From an uncultured Oscillospiraceae bacterium (GTDB lineage Bacteria; Bacillota; Clostridia; Christensenellales; CAG-138): DNA of 64,000 nucleotides. Both the position numbers and the translations under genes were made by a program. Shown piece after piece: positions 39,194 through 47,679 of the stretch. Every line of letters starts with the position of its first letter. Position 1 is the first letter of the stretch. The stretch lies in contig CAYPKG010000007.1 in NCBI GenBank assembly GCA_964411275.1, forward strand, positions 7,348 through 71,347, given 5' to 3'. The notes beneath the pieces were generated by a model. The model was not told where the DNA came from and made no database searches. It worked only from the letters and a program-made list of their open reading frames with translations.

Positions 39194-40471
39194 ATGGCAA
39201 TGCAACTTACCGCGGAACAACAACGCATATTGGACGGCGGACAGGGCGAGGTATACGCGAAGATCATGAAAACCCTCGTGATGTATGGCGAAGCGTTTCA
39301 TGCCACGAAGATGGTGCCTGTCACCAGCGAAAGAGGGCATCTGGTCACCAGCTTCGGGCTGGGGGTCATGAAGCCGGTATACGCCCTCATGGATCAGCTC
39401 ATCGAGGCTGGGGCAATTTCAAAGCAGGCCTTTAGCGTGGATCCCCGGCCTCTGGACAAAAACGTGCCCTCCAGCCTGCTGCAAAACATATTCTTCAAGG
39501 TGATGTACTCAAAGCAGGACGATTACGACGCGCAGCTCAAAAAGCTTGGCATAATGAGCGACGACGCCTATACCTGCACCTGCTATATGGACGAGGTGGG
39601 AAACAAGCCGAAAAAGGGGGATGTGCTAAGCTGGGCGGAAAGCAGCGCCGTGGTGTACGCCAACAGCGTGCTGGGCGCCCGGTGCAACCGAAACTCCGGC
39701 ATACTGGAGATGTTCGGCAGCATCGTGGGCTGTGTGCCCTATTTTGGGCTTTTGACCGACGAAGGGCGCAAGGCCACCTGGATCGTTGAGGTCAAAACCA
39801 CGGTGAAGCCGGAGGCCCAGGTGCTGGGCAGCGCCATCGGCATGAAGGTGATGGAGGATGTCCCCTACATCAAAGGCCTGGACGCCTGGATCGGCCAGGA
39901 GCTCAGTCAGGACACCCGGGACTATTTGAAGGACATGGGCGCCGCAACCGCCAGCAACGGCGCGGTGGGGCTTTATCACATCGAAAACCTCACACCGGAG
40001 GCGAAAGAGCAAGGCGACGCGCTGATCGCCGAAAACGCCAAAGTGTATGTCATCGACGATGCGGAGCTCGACCGGGTGAAGGCCTCCTATCCCTGCATCT
40101 GGAAGGATCCGCAAACCGCGCCCAAGCTTTGCTTTGTGGGCTGCCCGCACCTGTCCGTACAGCAGCTTCATGGCTGGACAGAGCGGCTGATGGCAGCGCT
40201 TTCGGCCCAAGGCAAAACGAAGGTGGCCATCCCCACGGTGTTTACCGCTGCCCCCGGGGTGCTGAAGGAATTTGAAGGGACACAGGATGCTATGAGGCTT
40301 AAAAACGCCGGGGTGGTGGTCAGCTACATCTGCCCGCTGATGTACATGAACAATCCCCTGTGCGGGAAGATGCCCGTCATCACCAATTCCAACAAGCTGC
40401 GCACGTACACCAGCGCCCGGTACTTTACGGACGCGGAGATATTGGCGAAAATTTCCGGGGAGGTGGGATAA
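39194..40471 (+). CDS. Aconitase X catalytic (large) subunit, DUF521
   Basis: 425 aa with LGARCNRNSG and FVGCPHLS cysteine contexts. Confidence 0.85.
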   Translation: MAMQLTAEQQRILDGGQGEVYAKIMKTLVMYGEAFHATKMVPVTSERGHLVTSFGLGVMKPVYALMDQLIEAGAISKQAFSVDPRPLDKNVPSSLLQNIFFKVMYSKQDDYDAQLKKLGIMSDDAYTCTCYMDEVGNKPKKGDVLSWAESSAVVYANSVLGARCNRNSGILEMFGSIVGCVPYFGLLTDEGRKATWIVEVKTTVKPEAQVLGSAIGMKVMEDVPYIKGLDAWIGQELSQDTRDYLKDMGAATASNGAVGLYHIENLTPEAKEQGDALIAENAKVYVIDDAELDRVKASYPCIWKDPQTAPKLCFVGCPHLSVQQLHGWTERLMAALSAQGKTKVAIPTVFTAAPGVLKEFEGTQDAMRLKNAGVVVSYICPLMYMNNPLCGKMPVITNSNKLRTYTSARYFTDAEILAKISGEVG

Positions 40472-40472
40472 T

Positions 40473-40913
40473 ATGAAGCAATTTCAGGGACGCGTGGTGG
40501 TATCCGGCACCGCGAAGGCGGAGGCGCTGGTTTCCCGGGGCGGTTTTAACACATTGGCCAGCTTTCAAAAGAGCCTGATGTTCGGGGATAAAAACGCCAC
40601 CTGTTCGGACCAAAACAATCCGGACCTGTTTGGCAAAGCCATGCACGGCAAGGCCCTGTGCCTGCCCCAGACAATCGGCTCCACAACAGGGGGCATGGTG
40701 CTCTACTGCGCCGCGGCGCTCTCGAAGGAACCCGCTTGCCTGTTGTTCAGCAAGCCCATCGATTCTCTGGCGGCTGCCGGGGTGATATTGGCGGATGTGT
40801 GGACGGACTCCTCCATGCCCACTGTGGATAGCCTGGGGGAGGAGTTTTTAGAGGCCGTTGAAACCGGTATGACCGTCACAATCGGCGAAAATGGATTGGT
40901 GACGGTGGAGTAA
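40473..40913 (+). CDS. Aconitase X swivel (small) subunit, DUF126
   Basis: 146 aa. The ATG lies 1 nt after the large-subunit stop. Sequence GRVVVSGTAKAEALVSRGGF. Confidence 0.85.
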   Translation: MKQFQGRVVVSGTAKAEALVSRGGFNTLASFQKSLMFGDKNATCSDQNNPDLFGKAMHGKALCLPQTIGSTTGGMVLYCAAALSKEPACLLFSKPIDSLAAAGVILADVWTDSSMPTVDSLGEEFLEAVETGMTVTIGENGLVTVE

Positions 40914-40970
40914 ACATTCAAAAAAAGAGCCCCGGATTTTAGACCGAGGCTCATAAGGAAGATTTTAGCA

Positions 40971-41000
40971 GAACCGGCGTGGCGAAAGTCACGCCGGTTC
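40971..41000. terminator. Hairpin between convergent genes
   Basis: Perfect 11-bp stem GAACCGGCGTG / CACGCCGGTTC with an 8-nt loop. Confidence 0.5.
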
Positions 41001-41006
41001 GAATAT

Positions 41007-41936
41007 TCATTTATTTATTATAAACTCCGATACTGCCTTTTCTATTTCTTTTGAATGACCCACCATCAAATGGCCACCTGTTTCAAATGAGATAAATCTA
41101 TACTTCGGGAAACGGCTGAGTGCATGTATGGCGTCCTCATAGCTGACCAATTTATCATCTTTCGCATGTAAAATAAGAGCAGGCGCTTGCAAGGATTCAA
41201 TTTGATAGTGATCGAAATTTCTTGCCATATCGGGATTGGTAACAGAGGCATCCAATATTACACCATCTTTTCTATCGCCGATAGGGAGCATGCTGTATAT
41301 TGTAGAAGGCTCCATTCCCATAATCGGTTCAAATAATGGACTGATTAAAAACATTGCAAAGTCATTGCACAAGATGGCAGGCGGGCCCGCATATTCAGCA
41401 TATTTCTCTGGCTTTTGTGTAAAGGGCATTGCAGAGCAAAACAATATCAGTCCTTTTACCCGTTCAGGATAGTCTAACGCAAATCGTATTGCCACACTTC
41501 CGCCTGCCGATGTTGCCAACAAATAGACCTTCGCTATTCCCAATCGATCTAACAATTCAACATACGCATTCGTTTGCTCAGCAGGTGTACCCTTTCCTAA
41601 AATATCGCTTCCCAAATATCCAAACCTCGAAGGAGCAATTATTCTATAATCAGAACTAAAACCCTTGCAAGTATCATAAGCTTGGTCATAACCTCCAAAA
41701 ATACCGTGTACTGACAGGATCGCTTCGCCTGCTCCTTTGTCCACATATGTCATATCCCCATAACTTAAAGTCACCGTTTCGGCTTCATAAGCGGCAAGTC
41801 TTTCTCTGCTTTGATTAACCGCAATATGACATCTTATTCCTTGTGCCGATAAAAATATCGATACAGCGACAAGAATGCTGCCAATGATATATACCCACAT
41901 ACGCTTATACCAACGCTTTCCAACAGATTTTTTCAT
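41007..41936 (-). CDS. Alpha/beta-fold hydrolase with N-terminal membrane anchor
   Basis: 309 aa. TM segment WVYIIGSILVAVSIFLSA. Nucleophile-elbow-like LLATSAGGS. Confidence 0.8.
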   Translation of the reverse strand: MKKSVGKRWYKRMWVYIIGSILVAVSIFLSAQGIRCHIAVNQSRERLAAYEAETVTLSYGDMTYVDKGAGEAILSVHGIFGGYDQAYDTCKGFSSDYRIIAPSRFGYLGSDILGKGTPAEQTNAYVELLDRLGIAKVYLLATSAGGSVAIRFALDYPERVKGLILFCSAMPFTQKPEKYAEYAGPPAILCNDFAMFLISPLFEPIMGMEPSTIYSMLPIGDRKDGVILDASVTNPDMARNFDHYQIESLQAPALILHAKDDKLVSYEDAIHALSRFPKYRFISFETGGHLMVGHSKEIEKAVSEFIINK

Positions 41937-42508
41937 TCATTTCCCTCAAGCATCGTGTCAATCAGCAGGCCGAGAAGCTTATCGCGCTGCTCCTTCGCAT
42001 TCATGTCATAGCCAAAAAGCGCAACGCTTTGATCCCTTCTCAAAAACAGCGCTTGCATTGCCGACGTTAAAGCAAATGCCAATACAAAACGCTCTTTCTC
42101 TGAGATGACCAGGTTACCCAATGTTTTGCTCATTCCCATCGCAGATTTTATAGTGTTGTCATCCCTTTTGGGATTTTTGTGGTCGGATAGAATAGAAATC
42201 CTTGATACAGCGGGATTATCCATAAGAAAATCAAGCACCAGGCTTGCTGTGTGTTTCAACCTTGCCGCCGGCGTAAGCTCCGGCACGGAAGGAGCAAAGG
42301 CAGCGATGACTTTTTCAATCATCCGCTCAACACAAATGTCAATCAGATGATCCTTTGTTTGGAAATGGTAATTGATTAAACCTGTTCCCACGTCAGCTTT
42401 TTCAGCAATCCCACGGGTGTTAATATCAGCGACATCGCCCTCGCTTTGTGTGATAATGTCTATTGTTGCAAGTATGATTTTTTCTTTTACTTCTTCTGAT
42501 TTTTTCAT
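41933..42508 (-). CDS. TetR/AcrR-family transcriptional regulator
   Basis: HTH INTRGIAEKADVGTGLINYHFQTKDHL. 4-nt overlap with the hydrolase gene. Confidence 0.9.
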   Translation of the reverse strand: MKKSEEVKEKIILATIDIITQSEGDVADINTRGIAEKADVGTGLINYHFQTKDHLIDICVERMIEKVIAAFAPSVPELTPAARLKHTASLVLDFLMDNPAVSRISILSDHKNPKRDDNTIKSAMGMSKTLGNLVISEKERFVLAFALTSAMQALFLRRDQSVALFGYDMNAKEQRDKLLGLLIDTMLEGNE

Positions 42509-42513
42509 AAGCC

Positions 42514-42556
42514 CTCCATAATTGAACGCTGTTCAGAACTATGTTCAATTATGGAG
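42514..42556. promoter_or_regulatory. Candidate TetR operator array overlapping the TetR RBS
   Basis: Perfect 14-bp inverted repeat CTCCATAATTGAAC-N15-GTTCAATTATGGAG containing four alternating GAAC/GTTC half-sites. Confidence 0.55.
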
Positions 42557-42654
42557 TATTACATTTCTTTTGTCAACCATTTTTCTATTAATTTATCACT
42601 TTGCAAAGCAAATACCGATTGTCACTGCCTTTTTCCGGGGTTCTTTTTTATCCC

Positions 42655-42718
42655 TTGACAAGTGCCGGAGCGCCTGCTATTATATCTGTAGCCGTTATAT
42701 CGGTCAACGATATAACGG
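42655..42718 (+). promoter_or_regulatory. Promoter and candidate PadR operator
   Basis: TTGACA (42655-42660), 17 nt, TATTAT (42678-42683), then the 11-bp perfect inverted repeat CCGTTATATCG-N5-CGATATAACGG (42692-42718). Confidence 0.55.
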
Positions 42719-42742
42719 TAGCCGTTAATAAGGAGGGTACTT

Positions 42743-43072
42743 ATGGGAGAAAGCACACAAGCGCCGGCATTGACGGAGGCGGTATACTACATACTGCTGT
42801 CCCTGTACGAGCCGTTACACGGGTACGGGATCATACAAAATGCCAAGAAAATGAGCAATGAAAGGGTGCAGCTGGCGGCAGGCACGCTGTACGGGGCAAT
42901 CAACACCCTTTTAGAGCGGCAATGGATCAGGGCCCTGCCTGGGGAAAGCAACTCCCGGAAAAAGGAGTATGTGATCACAGACCGGGGAAATCTGGCCGTA
43001 GAACAGGAAATCACCCGCTTAAGGGAGCTTTTGCATAACGGGGAACAGGTAATAGGAGGGATGATACTATGA
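42743..43072 (+). CDS. PadR-family transcriptional regulator
   Basis: Sequence AVYYILLSLYEPLHGYGIIQ...AGTLYGAINTLLERQWI. Confidence 0.9.
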   Translation: MGESTQAPALTEAVYYILLSLYEPLHGYGIIQNAKKMSNERVQLAAGTLYGAINTLLERQWIRALPGESNSRKKEYVITDRGNLAVEQEITRLRELLHNGEQVIGGMIL

Positions 43073-43617
43073 AATTTACCGCCCATAAGCTATTTTTTGC
43101 ATGGGATTATGATAAAGAAGAAAACTGGCTCAATGAAATGGCCGCCAAGGGCATGCACCTGACGGGGGTGGGCCTTTGCAAGTATGTGTTCGAGGAAGGG
43201 GAGCCCGGCGCTTACCAATATCACCTTGAATGGCTCAAGAACTGGCCTGCTCATCCGGAAAGCATTTCCTATATCCGGTTTTTAGAGAATATGGGAGTGG
43301 AGCACGTAGGCTGCTTCAAAAAGTGGCTTTACCTGCGCCAGCGGACGCATTCGGACATCCCCTTCGCGCCCCAGCTGGATGAACAGATTTCCCACCTCAA
43401 GCGGCTGCTCTGTCTCATTGCCGTACTGGTTCCGGTGCTATTATTCGGCACATTTTCCCTGTATACATCCTTTCGCCTGTCCAGAGGGGCGGTCATGGCG
43501 TTTCCCGCGATCATGGCGTTGTTTTATGTGTGCCTCTGGGCGTGTATCGCCTACGGCGCTGTTAAGCTGGTACGGGCGTACCGGCGGCTGAAGAAGGAAC
43601 GGGCGGTCCGGGAGTAA
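43069..43617 (+). CDS. DUF2812-domain membrane protein (PadR partner)
   Basis: Sequence WDYDKEENWLNEMAAKGMHL. Two C-terminal TM segments. 4-nt overlap with the PadR gene. Confidence 0.75.
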   Translation: MKFTAHKLFFAWDYDKEENWLNEMAAKGMHLTGVGLCKYVFEEGEPGAYQYHLEWLKNWPAHPESISYIRFLENMGVEHVGCFKKWLYLRQRTHSDIPFAPQLDEQISHLKRLLCLIAVLVPVLLFGTFSLYTSFRLSRGAVMAFPAIMALFYVCLWACIAYGAVKLVRAYRRLKKERAVRE

Positions 43618-43646
43618 GGCGGCGGGGCCTGTATTTTCAAAAAAGC

Positions 43647-43676
43647 GGTGCCGTAGCAGTAACAAGCTACGGCACC
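43647..43676 (-). terminator. Intrinsic terminator after nudC
   Basis: 11-bp stem GGTGCCGTAGC / GCTACGGCACC, followed on the minus strand by CTTTTTTG. Confidence 0.65.
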
Positions 43677-43693
43677 ACATGTATCGCCGATCC

Positions 43694-44518
43694 CTATGCC
43701 AATCCGTCCTTAAACCTGCATATCATCTCATTGGTCAAAGCAAAATCCTCATACCGGACATCGATGTCCCCACGGTGCACCCATTCGGCCACGGCAAGCT
43801 CGCCGTCGTCCATGGTAATGGTGTCGTCCCCGTCCACATCGCAAAAATACCCCATCAGCAGCGTATCGGTCATGGCCCAGGGCTGGCTTTTATAATAGGT
43901 GATGTTTTTGACATGCACCCCCGCCTCCTCCAGCACCTCCCGGCTGACGGTCTCCTCCACCGTCTCACCGATCTCCGTAAACCCTGCGATGAGGGCGTAA
44001 TTCGAATGCTCCCGGCCCGCATACTTGGTTAAAAGCAGCTTGTCCCCATTCCGGACCCCCACGATCACCGCAGGGTTAATCCGGGGATACACCATCTGTT
44101 CGCACTTTGGGCAGCGCAGCATCCGCTCGTCATGATCCCGCTCCATTTGCGCCCCGCAGCGGCCGCAAAAGCCGTTAGACCGGTACCAGTCGATCAGCTG
44201 CAGCGCGGTCAGCCCCGCAAAGGAGGCATGCTTGGGCGAAATGCCGCGAAAGCCCCGCCGGTTTTTTGAGGCGTAGCCGGGAAGCGAAACAGTCTGATCC
44301 GTAGAAAGCCAGAAAACCGGCTGATCATCCAGGGAAAACAGATAAATAGCCTCGGCCTCTATATGGGATACCTGTGACAGTCTGGGAAATTGCGCCAAGC
44401 CGTCCTGGACATTCACCAGCAGGCCCCCCTCCTGGGCGATCATGACGATGCTGTCTAAATCCGGCGTGCTTTCCCGGTAAGCGTTGCAAAACACATGGGG
44501 TGCGATATCCTGTATCAT
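43694..44518 (-). CDS. nudC: NAD(+) diphosphatase (NudC-type Nudix hydrolase with zinc ribbon)
   Basis: CGRCGA...CPKCEQ zinc ribbon. Nudix box GFTEIGETVEETVSREVLEEAG. Confidence 0.85.
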   Translation of the reverse strand: MIQDIAPHVFCNAYRESTPDLDSIVMIAQEGGLLVNVQDGLAQFPRLSQVSHIEAEAIYLFSLDDQPVFWLSTDQTVSLPGYASKNRRGFRGISPKHASFAGLTALQLIDWYRSNGFCGRCGAQMERDHDERMLRCPKCEQMVYPRINPAVIVGVRNGDKLLLTKYAGREHSNYALIAGFTEIGETVEETVSREVLEEAGVHVKNITYYKSQPWAMTDTLLMGYFCDVDGDDTITMDDGELAVAEWVHRGDIDVRYEDFALTNEMICRFKDGLA

Positions 44519-44531
44519 TTAAGCTTGCCTT

Positions 44532-45383
44532 TCAATCCACTTCCTTAGGTATTGTTGTTTGTTCATTGGGTATTGTTGTTTGTCCAACGACCACATGAAC
44601 CTTTCCCGTCAGGTCTTTGCGAAATACTTTTTGTATCATATAATCCGCCCAATATTCATGATAGGTGGTATGTCCCTTTTCCTTCATGTCCTTGGCTACG
44701 TCAAGGCCCACATACCTCCAGTGCCACGGCTCAAACCCAAAGCCTGTGACAGCGCTTTTGCCCTTGGGATAGCTCAATATAAATCCATATTGCCACCCAT
44801 GCTCCATAAGCCAAGCATACTCTTTGGTTCTTTCGTATTGGTATTCGCCCAATGTGCGGTATGTCACATTCTTCTTGCGCAGGTCGAACGCGAGGCCTGT
44901 CTGATGCTCCGAATGTCCAGGCCAAGCATACCACAGGCTATTAGCGTCCCCGCGCTTGGTATTTCTGCGGTAACCCGATTGGATGTACAGCGTGAGCCCC
45001 TGGGCCTCCATATCCTTTGCCATTTTCAAAAACGCATCGTTGCAGTCCTCACGAAGCCGCTGGCCGCTTTTGGCGTATTTTCGATCCACAGAAACTAGAT
45101 TTTCCGGCTTATACTTTTTAGGAAGCGCATAATGCTTGCTGACGAACACCGTAAGGCTATCCGGTGCCGGAACGGTGACGATGTTCGTATAGTTTTTCTC
45201 GTCCAGCTTCAGGTTGACAGCCCGCAATACTTCCTCATAGGCCAGGTTTGGCTTTTCGTTAACATAGGCGGCATATCTTTCGGCGTTCTCAGGCAATTCG
45301 TTTTGATAGAGCTCCGCCGCAAGCGCGTTCGTACAAAATAAAAGCAGCATCACCACAATCACCATCACAACCAGGCGTTTCAT
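44532..45383 (-). CDS. VanY/M15B-family D-alanyl-D-alanine carboxypeptidase
   Basis: Signal peptide, plus HSEHQTGLAFD and EPWHWRY motifs. Confidence 0.85.
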   Translation of the reverse strand: MKRLVVMVIVVMLLLFCTNALAAELYQNELPENAERYAAYVNEKPNLAYEEVLRAVNLKLDEKNYTNIVTVPAPDSLTVFVSKHYALPKKYKPENLVSVDRKYAKSGQRLREDCNDAFLKMAKDMEAQGLTLYIQSGYRRNTKRGDANSLWYAWPGHSEHQTGLAFDLRKKNVTYRTLGEYQYERTKEYAWLMEHGWQYGFILSYPKGKSAVTGFGFEPWHWRYVGLDVAKDMKEKGHTTYHEYWADYMIQKVFRKDLTGKVHVVVGQTTIPNEQTTIPKEVD

Positions 45384-45583
45384 TTCTGTCCCCCATTTCT
45401 ATCCTTCTCATGCCTTCTATATTCTATAGGAGGGACAGGTATAAATGCAAGGGCTCCCTTAAAATAGTTTGCCGCGAAAAAATCCACCGGCGCCGCTCAT
45501 TGCTTTGCCGATGGACAGATGCATTATGTTCTTTTGTTGCCCCAGGGGTTTGCGCCCAACCCCCTTGTTATCTCTTTTCCTGA

Positions 45584-46570
45584 TTACCGTTCTTCGCGGA
45601 AATAGGGCAGTCCCAGGCTATGGGGCGGCTGATTTTCCCGCCTGCGGCGCAGGGAAACCACAATCAGCACCACCACCGTGGCCACATAGGGCAGCATTTT
45701 GAACAGCTCGATGGAACTGCGGCTCAGCCCCGGGATGTAGAAATACAGCCAGGACAGCATGCCGAACAGGTACGCCCCCCAAATCCCCCGTTTGGGCTTC
45801 CAGCTGGAGAATATGACCAGCGCCACCGCAAGCCAGCCCAGGCGCTCGATCCCGCCGTCGCTGTCCCAGGTGCCCTTGGTGTAGTCCATCACGTAGTACA
45901 ATCCGCCAAGGCCGGAAATGCCGGCGCCGATTGTGGTGGCCAGGTATTTGTATTTTGTGACGTTGATACCCGCGGCGTCTGCCGTGGCCGGGTTTTCGCC
46001 CACTGCCCGAAGGTTCAGGCCGATGCTGGTACGGGTCAAAAACCAGCCCACCACGATTGCCACGATGACTGCCGTATACGCCATAAAGCCATACGAGAAG
46101 AATATCTCTCCAACAGGCCCCAGGGCGTTTGCCAGGCCGGGGATGGGTGCGCGAAACGCCGCGCTGGTGGCCTGGACGTTGATCTGGCCCACGCCGCCCG
46201 CAAGCTTGTTGAGAGAGCCGCCAAAGAAGTTGGCAAGGCCGCCTGCGAATATGGTCAGCGTCAGGCCGGCCACGTTCTGGTTGGCCCGGAGGCTGGTGGT
46301 GAGAATGCTGAATATCAGGCCGCCCAGCATGGACGCCAGGAACGCGCAAACCACAGCGATGAGGATGCACAGCGCCGGAACCGGGTTCGGGTTGTTCAAC
46401 TCATAATAGAACACGCTGATCAGCCCCGCGATGCCCCCCATGTACATGATGCCGGGGACGCCCAAATTGAGGTTGCCGGACTTTTCCGTCAATATCTCCC
46501 CCGTGGCGCCGAACAGAATAACCGTCCCGAACACCACAGCGGCTTGGAGTAAGGCGATAAGCTGTGTCAT
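45584..46570 (-). CDS. ABC transporter permease (BMP/nucleoside-type system)
   Basis: 328 aa, polytopic. 4-nt overlap with the upstream permease gene. Confidence 0.9.
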   Translation of the reverse strand: MTQLIALLQAAVVFGTVILFGATGEILTEKSGNLNLGVPGIMYMGGIAGLISVFYYELNNPNPVPALCILIAVVCAFLASMLGGLIFSILTTSLRANQNVAGLTLTIFAGGLANFFGGSLNKLAGGVGQINVQATSAAFRAPIPGLANALGPVGEIFFSYGFMAYTAVIVAIVVGWFLTRTSIGLNLRAVGENPATADAAGINVTKYKYLATTIGAGISGLGGLYYVMDYTKGTWDSDGGIERLGWLAVALVIFSSWKPKRGIWGAYLFGMLSWLYFYIPGLSRSSIELFKMLPYVATVVVLIVVSLRRRRENQPPHSLGLPYFREER

Positions 46571-47679
46571 TTGGATACCTCCTTGCGGCCCGCGCCGCGG
46601 AATTTCACCTGATAATTGATGAAGAACTCGCTGCCCAGTATAAAGAAGAGTATGATGCCCGTGAGCATGCTGGACACATAGTCATTCAGGTGGTACCGGG
46701 ACGCGATCTCAATCGCGCCCTTTTCCATGAACACGATGAGCAGGGAGAATAAGATCATCACGAATGAATTGAATTTCGCGAGCCAGGCCACGATGATGGC
46801 GGTAAAGCCCCGGCCTCCGGCTGTGTTGGTGGAGATCGTGTGGCTTGCGCCGGATACGGCGATAAAGCCCGCCAGGCCGCAAATGGCGCCGGAAATCACC
46901 ATGGTGCGCACCACCACCTTCTTTACGTCGATGGCGGCGTACCGGGCGGTGTTTTCGCTTTCGCCCACCACCGCGATTTCAAAGCCCTGCTTGGAATAGG
47001 TGAGATACCCGTACATACATACCGCCACCGCCAGCACGATAATGACGTTTAGCGTGTACTGCTGCCCAAACAGCGTGGGGAACCAACCCGCGTGGGTGAT
47101 GTTGTTGATGACGCCCACGGTATTGGAGCCGTATGGTTTTTCCCATTGGGCCACGAAAAACGCCGTGAGCTGTATGGCGATATAGTTCATCATCAATGTG
47201 AATAATGTTTCGTTGGTGTTCCACTTCGCCTTGAACAGCCCGGGCACAAACCCCCACAGGCCGCCCGCCACGATAGAGCACACCGCCATGATGGGAATGA
47301 GCAGGGCAGTGGGAACCGTTTTCCCAAGATAGATCATGCAGGCCGCCGCCACGATGCCGCCGGCAAGCACCTGGCCCTCCGCGCCCACGTTCCAGAACCG
47401 CATCCGAAACGCCGGCGATAGTCCCAGCGCGATACATAAAAGCATCATGGTATCCCGGATGGTGACCCAGGTGCGCTTCTCCGTGCCGAACGCGCCCTCA
47501 AACATGGCGCCGTACACCTTTAAGGGGTTGAGCTTCACGATAATATAGATCACGATGGCGCAGACCACCAGGGACGCCGCCAGTGCGATGCCGCGAACGC
47601 TCCAGCTTTTCCAGGTGGGCAGCAGCCCCCGCTTGGAAATGCGGATGAGGGGTTCCCTGCTTTCACGCTTGCGTTTCAT
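46567..47679 (-). CDS. ABC transporter permease (BMP/nucleoside-type system)
   Basis: 370 aa, polytopic. 4-nt overlap with the ATPase gene. Confidence 0.9.
   Translation of the reverse strand: MKRKRESREPLIRISKRGLLPTWKSWSVRGIALAASLVVCAIVIYIIVKLNPLKVYGAMFEGAFGTEKRTWVTIRDTMMLLCIALGLSPAFRMRFWNVGAEGQVLAGGIVAAACMIYLGKTVPTALLIPIMAVCSIVAGGLWGFVPGLFKAKWNTNETLFTLMMNYIAIQLTAFFVAQWEKPYGSNTVGVINNITHAGWFPTLFGQQYTLNVIIVLAVAVCMYGYLTYSKQGFEIAVVGESENTARYAAIDVKKVVVRTMVISGAICGLAGFIAVSGASHTISTNTAGGRGFTAIIVAWLAKFNSFVMILFSLLIVFMEKGAIEIASRYHLNDYVSSMLTGIILFFILGSEFFINYQVKFRGAGRKEVSK

Noticed and set aside
40971-41003. The GGTTCGAAT string resembles a tRNA T-arm.
   Set aside because: It is the 3' arm of a simple 11-bp hairpin between convergent genes. 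No acceptor, D or anticodon arms can be drawn.
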